Origin: Octopus vulgaris
Lineage: Eukaryota
Direction: 5' to 3'
NCBI GenBank assembly: GCA_951406725.2
Contig: OX597816.1
Span: 90,396,001-90,460,000, forward strand
Length of the DNA: 64,000 nucleotides
Shown: in pieces, positions 1 to 13,035 of the stretch
Layout: each line of letters begins with the position of its first letter
Numbering within the stretch: position 1 is the stretch's first letter
Translations under genes and position numbers: made by a program
Notes under the pieces: generated by a model
Database searches by the model: none
Seen by the model: only the letters and a program-made list of their open reading frames with translations
Told to the model about the DNA's origin: nothing

Positions 1-199
1 TATTTATGTCTGCTTGTTTGAATCTCAACACTTTATCACACATACCTCTTATCCTCTTATTACTCATTTCTCTATCACTCACACCCCAACTGCCTATACT
101 CCTATTACCCATGACCCTATTTGTTATACCTTTCAGTTATTCTCTTTTTTTCATTTTCTCTACTGTGCTGCCAGTGCAACTAACAATGACTGTAAACCT

Positions 200-1390
200 C
201 TGAATGAAACGTAGTTTCAAGCAGCTCATCCACAGGGTCTATTCTAGGAATATCTCATTTAGTTTTCTTGTGATTTCCTCCACAGTCCTCATCTTCATCT
301 CCCTCCATATGGCCAACTGCCCCAGTTTGCGGTCAACCATCAAGAGGTATGTCCCCTGCCGGTAGTGCATCACATCCACTTCCAGTCATTTCTAGTTGTG
401 TTCTACTGGAATGCTTCCTGCCTTATATATACCCAGAGTGGAGTCAATGGACTGGCACCTGTTGCAGCTCCCAACTACTCTCTGCACACTCTGCCTGGTC
501 ACGTCAGAGTCAACTTTCCTAGCTAGGAACAGGATCCTGTCCACTCACATGTGATGCATGGTATGATGTCTCCTCAGCTCCGAGTCACTCAGTTGACACA
601 CTGCAGCCACTCCTTGCTCCAGATCCTCTGACACCTGCAACCAAGCTTTCTTTACTCTAGTCAGGACGTCTACTCTATTCCTCTCAGAGAGCATAAAAAC
701 CACACTCAGCCTCAGGTCAAACTCAACAGCTAGCTTGCCCAGAATTCCCAAATGGCATCTTATCAACATCTCTGTGCCCCCTTTGGTTCACACTCTCTGC
801 TCACCGGTGACCACTGATCCCACCCATCTAAGTACAGTGGCGAATTGGTCCGGTTCTCGATGGTATGCAACCCCTACCTCAGAGCCAGGTTCAGACCCTT
901 CAGCACATTGATTTGGTTGCAGTCATCCTTCTTCCTGATCCAGGCCACATCCTCTACCACAACACCTGCAATTTCCAGGACAACTCCTGTTACTATGCTG
1001 CTAGCATCATACCACATGATCCCATTCTTCAATTTTGGGCACATACCAGTTTTCTCTTACTGGGTCTTCCACAGTCACTCTCTCCAAGACTTCTTGCATC
1101 ATGGCAGTTGTCTTCTCACCCACTTAGTCACTCTACCTCACTCCTTCAGCTCACCTCTTGATGAAGTTGCATGCTGTCCAGAGTCATTCTGCAATCAAGC
1201 AGTGTCCCAGCAGCTTCCCACACAGAAAACAGTTCTCGCCTACTCATCTTGGTGCCCGTTTTTTGGGATCTTATTCCCTCTCCAAAATATCAACATGCCA
1301 GCATTGTCTCTCCATAGCTTGAATCCCAATGCAGCTCCTCCTTCCATTGCCTCTGATGGCTTGGCAGCTTGAAACTCTTCAGGTTTTACT
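200..1390 (-). mobile_element. Degenerate LTR-retrotransposon pol fragment (end of RT, RNase H, HHCC zinc finger, start of integrase core)
   Basis: Minus-strand translation across stops and frameshifts: WYDASSIVTGVVLEIAGVVVEDVAWIRKKDD (RNase H), ERNRVDVLTRV, HHTMHH*VDRILFLARKV...CNRCQSID (HHCC), EVDVMHYRQGTYLLMVDRKLGQLAIWR (integrase). The order RT-RH-IN is Ty3/Gypsy- or BEL-like. Boundaries approximate. Confidence 0.75.
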
Positions 1391-1737
1391 GTCTAACAGG
1401 TCTGCTCTCGTATGCTGTCCACTGTCAACTGACTACTCATGCCTCGCCGACCCCGCATGCCCACTGCAGCCCTTCGGGCAGGACCCTCAAGCCCCACTTC
1501 TGACAGGATATGCATACTCCCTCACTTCCAGTCCTTCTCTACAACACAGCCTGGCTCATAACACCACATATTGTTTGCACCCCATTACAACTATCAAAGC
1601 TGATGTTAGTGGCCTTTCATGCTGCTGGATATTTGATACTGGAATAGAATGATATTTTTCAGATTTCTTGTTGATCATTAAATATATTTATTAATTTTGA
1701 AATATAAAATATAAGCTTTTAAATGTCATTATAACAG

Positions 1738-1900
1738 GGCTGGTGAACAATCAGTGCTTAACTTCCAAACTCAACAGTATAGACTGTTTTCTGCTTTAAG
1801 TACTACTTATGCATTGTTTTTTGCTTGGAAAAGTGTAAATGAGGCTTGTCAACAGATATTAACAGATGCCGCACAAGGAAAAACTGATCAATTTCTATTT
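1738..1900 (+). CDS. ACOX1: Acyl-CoA oxidase (ACOX1-like) internal exon; upstream exons lie outside the window
   Basis: cag| acceptor and |gtaagt donor. Encodes GEQSVLNFQTQQYRLFSALSTTYALFFAW...DQFLF, matching ACOX1 [22 protein letters not shown]. Orthology versus paralogy is unresolved. Confidence 0.9.
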
Positions 1901-2164
1901 GTAAGTAAAATATTTTTCATATATCAATTTCTATTAGAATATTGTATTGGTTATATACTAATTATAAATCACGATAAATGTTAACATACCTAAAAACTAA
2001 ATTCAAGATATACGTTCAGTTTTTTTTATTTTTATGGTTTAGTCAGAAGAGTCTAACATTAATTTTCATTTCATACTTCTGTGGCACTTCCTTGCTCATT
2101 CATGACAGTTAATAACTCTCCTCCTCTTCTCTGTCGGTTATAACAACAAGGGTTCAGTTGATCC

Positions 2165-2480
2165 ACATGGCTTAGTGGTTGGAGGTATTCGGCTCACAAT
2201 TGTAAGGTTGATAGTTCAAAACCTGGCGGTGTATTGCGTCTTTGAGCAAAACACTTTATTTCACATTGCTCCAGTTCATTCAGCTGGCAAAAATGAACAG
2301 TACCTGTATTTCAAAGGGCCAGCCTTGTCACATTCTGTGTCGTGCTGCATCTCCCCGAGAATGACATGATGGGTATGTGTGTCTGTGGAGTGCTTAGTCA
2401 CTTGCATGTTAATTTCATGAGCAGGCTGTTCCATTTATTGAATCAACTGGAACACTCATTGTTATAACTGATGGAATGCC
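2165..2480 (+). mobile_element. tRNA-derived SINE
   Basis: A-box-like TGGCTTAGTGG and B-box-like AGTTCAAAACC, followed by a GTCTTTGAGCAAAACACTTTATTTCACATTGCTCCAG central domain also present at ~13470 and (minus strand) ~39560. Confidence 0.7.
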
Positions 2481-2700
2481 AGTTAATAACTCTAGAGAGA
2501 TATGCTGGTAGTTGTGTAAATTAAATTAAAGACTTGTGATTAGAGACAAGTACCATTGCTTTATATTGCTAAAAAGAAAACCCAATTCAGTACATTTTTA
2601 GCTGGGGTGATAACATTATTCAAGTATAACAGGATAATAAATCAACAAAGAATTTTTGAAATTTATAGAATTCTTCTATATTCTTCCAATATTAATCTTA

Positions 2701-4050
2701 CTAGCAAATCTACCCATCTACGATGGAGGCATAAAAAGAGAGAGGGGAGTCATAGCAGCAGTATGTATTGAGAAATGTGTAAATGGACTTGATAGATAAC
2801 TAGGTGATATCTTAGAGAAATCACATTGTTAGTGATACAGCATTCTATTGCAGCTATATGACATGTGTTTGTGACTATGTGACATGTGATGACAATTTAC
2901 TCCTGAACAGAAATAGGCTCCCAGCCTCTATCATGAATAGGCTCCCAGCCTACATCATGAATGGTTATGTGGACCACTCCTAATGAAAGACAGAGTTTCC
3001 TTCGACCACTACATAAAAAGTATTAAGTAAAAGATGTTATTTAAATACACTTTTATTTAAGTTGTTTACACTATTTTACACTTGTTTATACTTTTATACA
3101 TTCCAAGTTCACCAATTTCTTTATTTAAATTATGAATCATATTCCTTTCGATAATATCAATATGATTACAAAATTTCTTTGTAGATGATATTTTCTGTTT
3201 GGTCAACGCTAATTTTCAAATTACTGGAGTCCGTTGCTCTACTCATAGTGACGTATAACTGGCCATGTGTAAACATTGGAGTGGGTAAAAATATACCTAC
3301 ATGATCTAAAGTGTAGCCCTTTGTTTTCTTTGCTGTGAATGAGTGAGTGTAATCTTTAGGGTTGCAAAAAATCAAACTAAGACTTACCTCTCACTGTTCT
3401 ATGCGAATAATGTCTGGATGTTCTGGTACCAAGAACATCCTGCTCAAGACTGATACACTTCAATAACCACTGAGTAATCTCACACACTATATACTGACAT
3501 GCACTTTTTTCCATTTTATTTCTGTTATTAACTGTCCTCACAACTACCTTTGTATCTACAATGGGGCCATTAACTATACAATAAAAGTGCGAAGGTGGTT
3601 TATCAATTCAAAAATTAATATCCACAAAATAATCATACTTTCTGATTTTTTAATACTAAAACCCTTCCTGACGACAGTCTTTGTAATCCCCAAAAATATT
3701 GTAACCATTGGTCCAGCCATCTGGCCATAAAGAAGGAACAGACAAAGAGATGGACAGATGGACATGATGTCCATTATAGTAAGAGAGCAAATCTGCCCAT
3801 CTACAATGGGAAATAAAGTGATAGTATCGCAAATCCAGAGTTAATCCTCATTGCTGGAATTCTAACAAATGTGGTTTATTAATACAAAACTTAATATCCA
3901 CTAAATAATCATACTTTTTCACATTTTTTTTGCTAAAAGCCTTCCTGATTACCTCCCTTCATAATCCCGATAAATATTGTGACCATTGATCCAGCTGTTT
4001 GACCATGAAGGGGGAACAGACAGACGGTCAAAATGCCCATTATAGTAAGA
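2701..4050 (-). mobile_element. Composite Helitron: two tandem short units plus a helicase C-terminal fragment
   Basis: ORF 3166-3375 (GYTLDHVGIFLPTPMFTHGQLYVTMSRA...NIIYKEIL*) is the PIF1-helicase end of Helitron RepHel. On the minus strand the 3' end is hairpin CCATCgtaGATGG then TTTGCTAG|T at 2701. 5' TCTTACTATAAT starts occur at 4050 and 3784. Confidence 0.85.
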
Positions 4051-4727
4051 TTAATGTTGATTCTGCTTTCCATCGACAGAGAGTAAGTAAAATAAGTAGC
4101 AATAATATCCTTAGTTAGATAATTGCTTAATACCCACACCTGCAAAAATTGATTTACCTCTTATTTAATAAGACATATATTGTGACATTTATAATTATTT
4201 GGCATTTTATAACATGTCAATAACATGTCAAATTACTGAGAAGTGAATCATAAAATTAGGAAGTGCCATGGAGAAGAGATAATCATAATTGTTGTAGTCA
4301 TTACACCATTTCTTTCTTTCTTCCTCCCTTCCTTCCTAATGCTTTAGCCAGAAGAGTAAAGGCAGTGCTCACAACCCTTTACAAGGCTTTTCTGACTTGT
4401 GGAGAAAGTTATTCACTGATCTGAGATCTAGCCTGAATCCTGGCAACCAAGTGAATTCCACTGACAATCAGGTGGAAGTGTTAAACTGGATGACATATTA
4501 AGTCTACCAGCCCAGACATTTATTGAGATACTAATATTAAAAGAATTACCACCACAATGCCATTCTCTTTACTTTTAGAAAATTGTCTGGCTTCTTGCCA
4601 GTGTAAAAGGAAATTATTAAAATATATCCGAATTGATGTGTGTTCTTTAGAATAGTTCATGAATCTTAAATTGGATAATGTGTTCAAACTATTTATCAAG
4701 ATAATGTTTTTTTATTCAATGTTACAG

Positions 4728-4918
4728 TTGCATTCCATTTTAGCTGGTTTAAAGTCGCAAAGCACCTGGTTGGCTACAAAATATATCCAAACTTGTCGGG
4801 AGTGTTGTGGTGGTCATGGCATCTCTTCTGCAAGTGGTTTACCATTACTTGAAAGTCACACAGCTGTTTCTTGTACATATGAAGGCGATAATACTGTTAT
4901 GATTCTTCAGACTGGAAA
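4728..4918 (+). CDS. ACOX1: ACOX1-like exon with catalytic region
   Basis: cag|TTG...GGA AA|gtaag. Encodes LHSILAGLK...CRECCGGHGISSASGLP...SCTYEGDNTVMILQTG; the EG(D/E)N catalytic Glu motif is intact. Confidence 0.95.
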
Positions 4919-4968
4919 GTAAGAGAATTTCATTAAAGTAATTTCAATGGATCAGAATAAAGATTATA

Positions 4969-4974
4969 TCATCG

Positions 4975-5011
<37 letters not shown>

Positions 5012-5420
5012 TTAACATCTATTTTCCATGCTGGCACAGGTTGGACGGCTTGACAGGAACTAGTTAGGTCAGGGGCTGCACCAGATTCCATGGTCTGTTA
5101 TGGCTTGGTTTAAATAACTGGATGCCCTTCCTAATGCCAATCACTCCACAAATGCATTAGGTGCCTTCTATGTGGCACCAGCACCCACACCAATGCTTTT
5201 TATAATGGTACCATCAAGTTTGCTGTGGTGGATGGGCCTTCTTGAGTATAGCAATGTGCCACATATCTCAGTCCTCTCTCATCTCCTTCATAAGGTTCAG
5301 CATTTTGAGATTGGCCTATACTTTGTTCCAGGTCTTCCTGGGTTCCTCTATGCTACAACTTCCCTCCACTTTAAGTGATCAACATTCCTTTATGCAATTG
5401 TCCTCCTCCATCTGTACCAT
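4969..5420 (-). mobile_element. 5'-truncated RTE-type LINE 3' end with (CAT)n tail; representative of about 15 copies
   Basis: (CAT)n-TTTAACATC..TTTTCCATGCTGGCA..GGTTGGACGG...GGATGCCCTTCCTAATGCCAA. The same block recurs near 14490, 15740, 16605, 18620(+), 20000, 24505, 35775, 43230(+), 43700(+), 47010, 47700(+), 53890(+), 59843, 61420 and 63300. It is linked to RTE ORF sequence at 36149-36463. Confidence 0.8.
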
Positions 5421-5599
5421 GAATTTTATTGAGTATTATTTTTAGCATTGTAGGATCAATTTTTCCATATCACTGTATGTTAGATGTTTCTGAAACTGTA
5501 GATATTTACATAACTTGTAGATATCCTTAACCAACAAAGTGAAAAAAGAATACTGAAACTAAAAATATCATTGAGATGTGGAAGGGACACAAATCTTGC

Positions 5600-7470
5600 T
5601 GTTGTCTACTCTGAGCCGCACAATCTCTGGTACTATTTGTCAAACAGCCACAAACATTTAGAAAAATCATTTACTGGAAAGATGCTACAACATTATTCTA
5701 AAAGTATTGTCATGCTTTATCTGAGCAAATACAAAAGATGTATATATTCCAAAATAACAGAATTACAAAACGTATCAAACTAATGCCAAGAAATTAGGTT
5801 CTTATACACTAACCAAGTCTATTTTACTCATTTCTAGTGAATCCATCATCAGAATTTACCATCATATAAGGACAGAGAGTGGATAACAAAATAAATGAGA
5901 TATGATCTAACTACCACATATTCTAGAACAAACTTAAGTTCACCAGAGTATACCTGATTGCTTTAATCATTTGATTTAGCCGACTAGGTTGATCAAGTGA
6001 AATAGATAATAGTTTTTAAATAAAAGGTTTTAGGAATTTCATATAGCTCATATATACATATGTATATATTATTCTAAGAGAAAAACATAATTCTAAGGTG
6101 CAAAGATAACACTGTAAAAAATACGAGACAAAGATCCTCTGATGCAATCCAAATTCCTATAAGCAATCACAACAACCAATCGATATAATAAGCAATCCTC
6201 CAAATGACTTGCCCTCTAAAAATATGGATAACCACCTTATAAATGATAACCCCACTCACCATATCATAGGCACAGATAATCTTATTAATCTCTGTGGTTG
6301 CAGAGATAAAAATACTTGTGAATTTTTGAATAAATGTAAAACTAAAAATTAATCTACCATTGTGATGTATTCTACAATAATTACAAGAAAACTTATATAG
6401 GAGCAATGAAAAATGGAATGAAACTTAGATATAATTACCATCTCTCAAGTTTCAGAAATAGAAATAAGGCTAACTCTACCAGATTAAGCAGTTACATCTG
6501 GTTACTTAAAGATAATAACATTAATTATAGATTAGAATGGCACATCCTAGCCAAAACATCTTCATATAACCTTTAAAATAACCACTGTAATTTATGTATT
6601 AATGAGAAATTCTTGATTTTAGTGGCCAAATCAGAATTACTTAATAAATGAAACGAGAAATATAGAACATGCTTACATAACGATAAATTCTTATTCTCTA
6701 AATACTGCTAATGCCTATAGTACAGGCTATTAACTGACCTGTCTAACATATGATTACTGCCCCTTGACCTGTCCCCTTACCATTTAATATCATAAATCAC
6801 AATTATATTAAATTACTCTGACTAACTGAATTATTTATCTTAAATGCACAATGTACACCCAGAGCTATAATTCTCTTTAATATATTCACATTAAAGTTAG
6901 ATCGCTGACTAACATACTAATTGCTAGGGCTGCCACATAAGTACATAAATACAATTGAATGAGCGATTTAGCCTATTCTAGCCAAGTTGATTGGTTTTAA
7001 TTATATAAACAAGGTGATAGCCTGTGCTGTACATAACAACACTTTATTTGTTATACCTTTTCACGTAACCCAGATTTATACTGTATATCGCACTTGAACT
7101 TTTAAGAGCATCCTTAATTTTAACAAGGGCATTATTTGTAATCATAGGGACCTATCTAGCAGACTCAAATAGCGTTATTTAATATGATTAATGACACTGG
7201 ATATTACTACCAGGTATAACTCGTTTGACTAACACCACCGGTCAATTAGTCATTTTCCTCAATTACTGCTCCATTCATCTACTTGAAAACATGTATATAC
7301 ACGTGCAACCTTTAAAGGTCACAAAAATGTAAGCCTAAAGACGTAACAAACTTTTTTCCTTTCTTCCTTCTTTCCTTTTTTTTTCCTTTTTTCTTTTTTC
7401 TCCTGTCAGTATTCCTCTGATAAACTCCAAATTATTCTAACGATGTTTGTTACATGGAATGAGATAAATG
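5600..7470 (+). mobile_element. Degenerate Penelope-like element: GIY-YIG endonuclease region and 3' flank
   Basis: 6293-6711 reads CGCRDKNTCEFLNKC..LIYHCDV..KTYIGAMKNGMKLRYNYHLSSFRNRNKANSTRLSSYIWLLK..WHIL..CNLCINEKFLI..LLNK*NE..CLHNDKF, with one frameshift and two stops. This is the typical PLE GIY-YIG domain with Cys motifs. Outer boundaries approximate. Confidence 0.8.
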
Positions 7471-7602
7471 TAAATTTACCTCAAAAATAACAAACTGAAA
7501 CAGCTGTAAGTGTTATTTTAACCATAATTAAACTATGACCAATTAATACCAATGATCGACTTTTAATTGTTGCACCATTTCTTTTCTTATTCTGTGTATA
7601 TA

Positions 7603-7891
7603 TAATTATATTAATTAAGTAATAAGAAGATGGATTTGGTATTAAACTTTATTCTGTACGATGGTCATTTTGACCCATCGTGCTATCATCCCTTATGTGT
7701 GGGACTCTGTTCATCATGTTGTATTGGATTCATTTTGCAGTCTGGGTCTCATCAGGTACATCCATACATGAAGTTGTAACTCACTAAAGATTTTGAGTGT
7801 TATCTGCCATACTGTTATATACCTGTCTAGTTAGGGAATGAATAAAAAGCAAACAAGACTACAGAAACGCAAAAATTCAAATTTCAAATAG
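7603..7891 (-). repeat. ~280-bp repeat, inverted partner of 12055-12326
   Basis: Its reverse complement aligns by eye along its whole length with 12055-12326, with one ~20-nt indel. Confidence 0.9.
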
Positions 7892-8949
7892 CTGTTTCTT
7901 TTGCATTTTTTAATAGAAGAATGAGAATATTACACCATTACAAAAAACTGTAATCATCAGATGAAACGAAATTCTACAAATAAAAGAATGTCCCAAGAAT
8001 ACAGCAGGAACATGGTTGGTCTGTTGAGGCTAACTTAGCCTTAACAGATGTTTCATCTGATGATTACGATTTTTGTAATGGAATAATGTTCTCATTCTTC
8101 TCTTAAAGAAACAGCTGTAGTGAGCTAACATTTATCCATAATTTGTTATTATTCATTTAATTATAACACGCCAAGGGGATTTATGACTTGTTGAACACCC
8201 TAGAGTATACCAACAATGTACAGTTCAATGTAATGTGTGCTTTCGACCAGCCCCTAGATGCTAAATACTCATAGGTTTGGTTTTCTCTGTCTACACAACC
8301 AGAATATCCTATTTGGTACTTACCAACCATAGGCTGGAACCACAGGTTTATCCAACTCTACCTAATGCATATCTTTTCAAGTACCTGATTCTATCTGAAT
8401 CCTTATTTTACTATATATTTCAGTATGTGACTGCATGTGTATCGGCGATTTTCTTTCTCCGTCTTCCCTTCTTTGGACTTTCTCTATATTTCTGATGAAG
8501 AGCTCTGCTCGAAATGTGAAATCCTCTTTCTTTTCTTTCCTTTCCTGAGCGTCCAATAACACTGTACTTATTCCACGTCCTTGCATTGTTGTTTTTTCTT
8601 GCTTATTCATGTTTGAATTAATTATATATATCTAAATTAGTTATATACATATATTATATATTACGAAATTTGGTCTAATATTATCATACTGAATTTTACC
8701 TGTAAGGTTGGAATAATAATTTATTCTCTATTATTATTATTATGATATATATAGACACATACATACAGATATACATATATGTACACGCACTCATACCTAC
8801 ATATACCTTCCTACTCACACGGGCTCACACAAACATGCAGGCACATGGACATGCCTACATATACATGTATGATACCCCCACATACACATGTGCATACGCA
8901 GACATGCACACATACACCCACACATAGGTACACTCCCAAAGATATTGCT

Positions 8950-10879
8950 TGGGCTGAATTAAAAAATCTAGATTCGACTGCAGCTTTTGAAGTGTACGAA
9001 ACTCAATGAGACCGAGCCGTGAAAATTGAAAAGGAAGAATGCTTCAGATATGAATACAGAATCGCAGCAAATGCCAGTCGCAATCCAAAAAACTTCTTTG
9101 CCCATGTCCAACGGAATTCTCGCTTGAACAACCAAATTGCAACGCTGGTAGACTCAACAGGCGTATCGATTGAGGACCCTTATCAGCAGAGTCAGTTATT
9201 TGCTGAGGCTTTTTCAACTATTTTCAAACAAGATGATGGTCATGAACTCCCTCCATTTGATAGATCGGTACCTCCAATGCCTAGATTGGTCATCACTCGG
9301 GACGAAGTCGAACGCGTTATTCAAGGCCTTGAATTCAACAAGGGTCATGGCCCTGACGGCATACACCCACAGGTTATCAAAGCGTTGGCTCTGGTCATCT
9401 GCGAACCTTTAACACTTCTATTCAATAGGTCATTGGTGACGGGTGTTATACCTGTGGACTGGAGAACAGCGATAATCTGCCCAATTTTCAAGAAAGGGAG
9501 CCGCGAAGACCCGCTTAACTACCGACCGGTTTCCCTTACTTCAATCATCAGCAAGATGTTCGAAACCATCCTTAAGAAAAGTACGTTGTTCCACCTCAAA
9601 AAAACACAGCCTCTATCTCTGATTCCCAATACGACTTCATGCTGAAGAGATCATGCTTGACCAACTTACTGGTAATGGAAGAATTGGTGATGTGTATCCT
9701 GGATGATGATAATGCTGTTGACATCGTTTTATTGGACTTTGCCAAAGCTTTTGACTTGGTTAACCACCGCCTATTACTTGTCAAGCTTCAAGCATATAGT
9801 TTCCATCCGGATATTGTATGATGGGTTGGTGCCTTCCTCTCAGATCGCTCCTTCCAAGTCCAAGTAAATGGTTCACTGTCTGACGTCTCCAATGCGAGCT
9901 GTGGCGTGCCTCAAGGTTCAGTGCTTGGGCCCTTATTGTTTTTAGTCTTCATAGATGACTTGCCCGACAACCTCATGCAACACACCCTTCTATTTGCCGA
10001 TGATGTCAAACTGGTCGCTCCTCGTGGTGATATAGATGATCTTCGTCGATGCCTCCACCAAGTTTGGAGATGGTCAAATGAATGGGACCTGTGTCTGAAC
10101 GTGTCAAAGTGCTGTCATCTGCCTGTTGGCTCTTCTCCTGCAATTCAACTTGATTTCAAGCCTGGTCATCTGCTGCTGGAGAGGACCGACCAGGTAAAGG
10201 ACCTGGGTATCTTGGTGGATTCTTCCTTTTCACTTTCGGCCCAGTGCGTCCATGCTGCCAACAAAGCACGCGGAGTTCTGTTTTTGATTCGACGGTCATT
10301 CGGAATACTCACAGCAGCCATATTCCTACCGCTCTATGTCACGCTGGTGAGACCCATATTGGAGTACGGGATTCAATCTTCTTCTCCTTATCTCCCCAAA
10401 GACATACAGCATCTCGAAAGAGTCCAGAAGCTGGCTACCCGCATGGTTCTTGGTCTCAAGCATTTGTCTTATGAAGAAAGGCTGAAGACACTCGACCTTT
10501 ATTCTTTAGAAAAATGTCGCCGCTGTGGTGATCTCATTCTTGCTCACAACATCATAAACTGAAAGTGTAACCTCTCGAAAGAGCTGTTCTTCACTCCTGT
10601 TCCAGAGCGTCGGCTGTGGGGTCACTCCGAAAAGCTCTATCTGCGACGATTTCATCTCAATCGAAGGAGAGGGGCTTTCTCTGTCCGGGTTGCGGATCTA
10701 TGGAATAAGCTGCCAGACAAGATAGTGAAGATGCTGACAACCGCTCGGTTCAAAATCTCTCTTGACCAGAAATGGCCTGAACTCTTTGCATGAACACCCT
10801 CCCTGTACATAACTCTATGTCCCCCTACATGGCCTTGCTTTTTGCTTTTTGAGCCAAAAAATTAACTTAACTTAACTTA
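8950..10879 (+). mobile_element. 5'-truncated CR1-clade LINE; RT pseudogene with (TTAAC)n tail
   Basis: ORFs 9019-9645, 9639-9821 and 9906-10562 carry GPDGIHP, NYRPVSLTS, DFAKAFD, PQGSVLGPLLF, FADDVKL and LSYEERL. One frameshift and internal stops. Tail attaacttaacttaactta at 10861-10879. Inserted in a decayed CA/TA microsatellite. Confidence 0.92.
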
Positions 10880-11689
10880 TCTGTACATAAAACGCACACA
10901 TATATGTACATACACACACATATACACAAGCCTGCTTTCCTGTCTAGATTTATGCATCTCCAGATCTTCACCTGTCCCTGAAGCCTGCTGGTACACCTTA
11001 CTTATATGCAGCTGCATTGTAAGGTTACATATTTAAATACATGTAGCATTCACATGCAGTCATTCCTTGGTATAGGTTCTATGGTTGCAGTTCATGAGAT
11101 TTTAACTCAGTGGTGGTGGTGGTGGTGGGGGATTAATCCTAGTTGTTGGTGTTATGGTTTGTATTGGTTTGGTGTGGTTATGTTATAGTGAACCTAAAGA
11201 TCATCTGCAACTTGAGTTAATGGACATTAAATGTAACGGAAGTTAATTAGTCTGATAATGATTTCCAAAGTTAACTTAAATGTTAAATCATTAATGAAAA
11301 TGTTAGCATTGTTAATTAAAGATTAATGGATTAATGGTTTGGTACTCAGGTTTAGTAAACACACACACAAACAGCAGTAACTTTCTTCAGCTGAATACAT
11401 GTCATTGATTGATTAAAATTACCCAAATGCGACAATTTTAACACGAAATAACTTCTAAAAGGCAAAATTTTGTCAAAAACGTTAAGAGTAAACCGTGTTC
11501 TACATGACACATTCAACAGTATCTGAAGCTTCAATCTGTTTAGTTAAAAAAATTAATTAAAGAATCTGTGACTGAAAAGATCCCACATATGTATATCTGT
11601 GTGTATGTCTTTAAAAAAATATATAAACTAATACACCTGCTTGTTGTTCCTACACCTGTCTTTGTCTTTTGTTTTCTGTAAATTTGAAC

Positions 11690-11766
11690 TATACACACAC
11701 ACATATGTATAGGTATATATAATATATATATTTATGTGTGTGTGTATATATATATATATGTGTGTT

Positions 11767-11848
<82 letters not shown>

Positions 11849-11915
11849 CATATAGATAAGTGTGTGAGTGGGCGTATGTCTCAGTGTAGGTATGTGTGTG
11901 TGTATGTATGTACAC
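11690..11915. repeat. Compound (TA)n/(TACA)n/(TG)n microsatellite
   Basis: Directly visible. Similar tracts at 12830-12890, 15520-15580, 17545-17582, 18015-18050 and 63085-63207. Confidence 0.95.
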
Positions 11916-12054
11916 AAGACTGTTTGACTAAGTATTTGTTTTTCCTGTTTTCCTTGTATTTTTCTTTCTACTTTCTTTTCCCACAAGCAGTTATGAAAGC
12001 AAAAGCCAATTAGGTCATTTTTACCTAAACAGGAATGCAAGATTTCCACATTCA

Positions 12055-12326
12055 TATTTGAAATTTGAATTTTTGTGTTTCTGCAGTCTTGTTTGCTTTT
12101 TATTCATTCCCTAACTAGATGGGCATATAACAGTATGACAGTTGACACTCAAGATCTTTAGTGAAACATAACTTTATCTATGGATGTACCTGATGAGATC
12201 CAGACTGCAAAATGGATCCAACACATAAGCACATAAGGGATGATAGCACGATGAGTCAAAATGCTCATTGTACTGAATAAAGTTTAATAGCAAATCCATC
12301 TTCTTGTCACTTAATTAATATAATTA
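12055..12326 (+). repeat. Second, inverted copy of the 7603-7891 repeat; possibly a Penelope pLTR-like unit
   Basis: Contains CTGATGA-GATCCA..TGGATC (hammerhead-like 5' core plus stem II) and ends after AATAAA in an AT-rich tail. Confidence 0.8.
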
Positions 12327-12659
12327 CCCCATTGTGAATGTATTTGGTAGACAGAAATTGAAAGAAGCTTGGTGTATATATGTTAATCCATTATACATGG
12401 GTCTTCTGTGTCTGACATTTTACAGAATGCTGTGCACTAGTGATCTGATGGGTTATCACAGAGCTGATTAGTAAAGGTACTCCAAAAAACCATGTATCTC
12501 TGGAATCCATGGTCCAATTTATACGAAACTTGTTTTATTCTGTTTGTATTCACATTTCAGGGGTACCTTACTTTCAGAGTATTTTCCCATGATGCACCAG
12601 TTTGGCTGTATTAAATTACAGACAAGCACACATGCAAACAAGCTATCACAGAGTTTTAG

Positions 12660-12824
12660 TACTCTTTTACTTGTTTCAGTCATTTGACTGCGGCCATGCT
12701 GGAGCACTGCCTTTAGTCGAGCAAATCGACCCCGGGACTTATTCTTTGTAAGTTTTGCCGAACTGCTAAGTGACAGGGACGTAAACACACCAGCATCGGT
12801 TGTCAAGCAATGCTAGGGGAACAA

Positions 12825-12897
<73 letters not shown>

Positions 12898-13035
12898 TAC
12901 GACAGGCTTCTTTCAGTTTCCGTCTACCAAATCCACTCACAAGGCATTGGTCGGCCCGGGGCTATAGCAGAAGACACTTGCCCAAGATGCCACGCAGTGG
13001 GACTGAACTCGGAACCACGTAGTTGGTAAGCAAGT
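12660..13035 (-). mobile_element. tRNA-derived SINE with internal (TA)n; related copies near 15358(+), 22575, 22975(+), 42760, 54225(+), 62888
   Basis: Minus-strand head GGTTCCGAGTTCAGTCCCACTGCGTGGCATCTTGGGCAAGTGTCTT and 3' block CAGTCAAATGACTGAAACAAGTAAAAGAGT, both repeated across the window. Confidence 0.85.

Noticed and set aside
845-1652. Plus-strand ORFs of 175, 98 and 107 aa
   Set aside because: They are antisense shadows of the minus-strand LTR pol relic and show no protein motifs.
6649-6651. In-frame TGA in the PLE endonuclease as possible selenocysteine
   Set aside because: It falls at the Arg of the LLNKR motif (CGA>TGA decay). The same frame also has a TAA and a frameshift.
11628-13022. 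YIYIYI/THTH-type ORFs
   Set aside because: They are translations of microsatellites.
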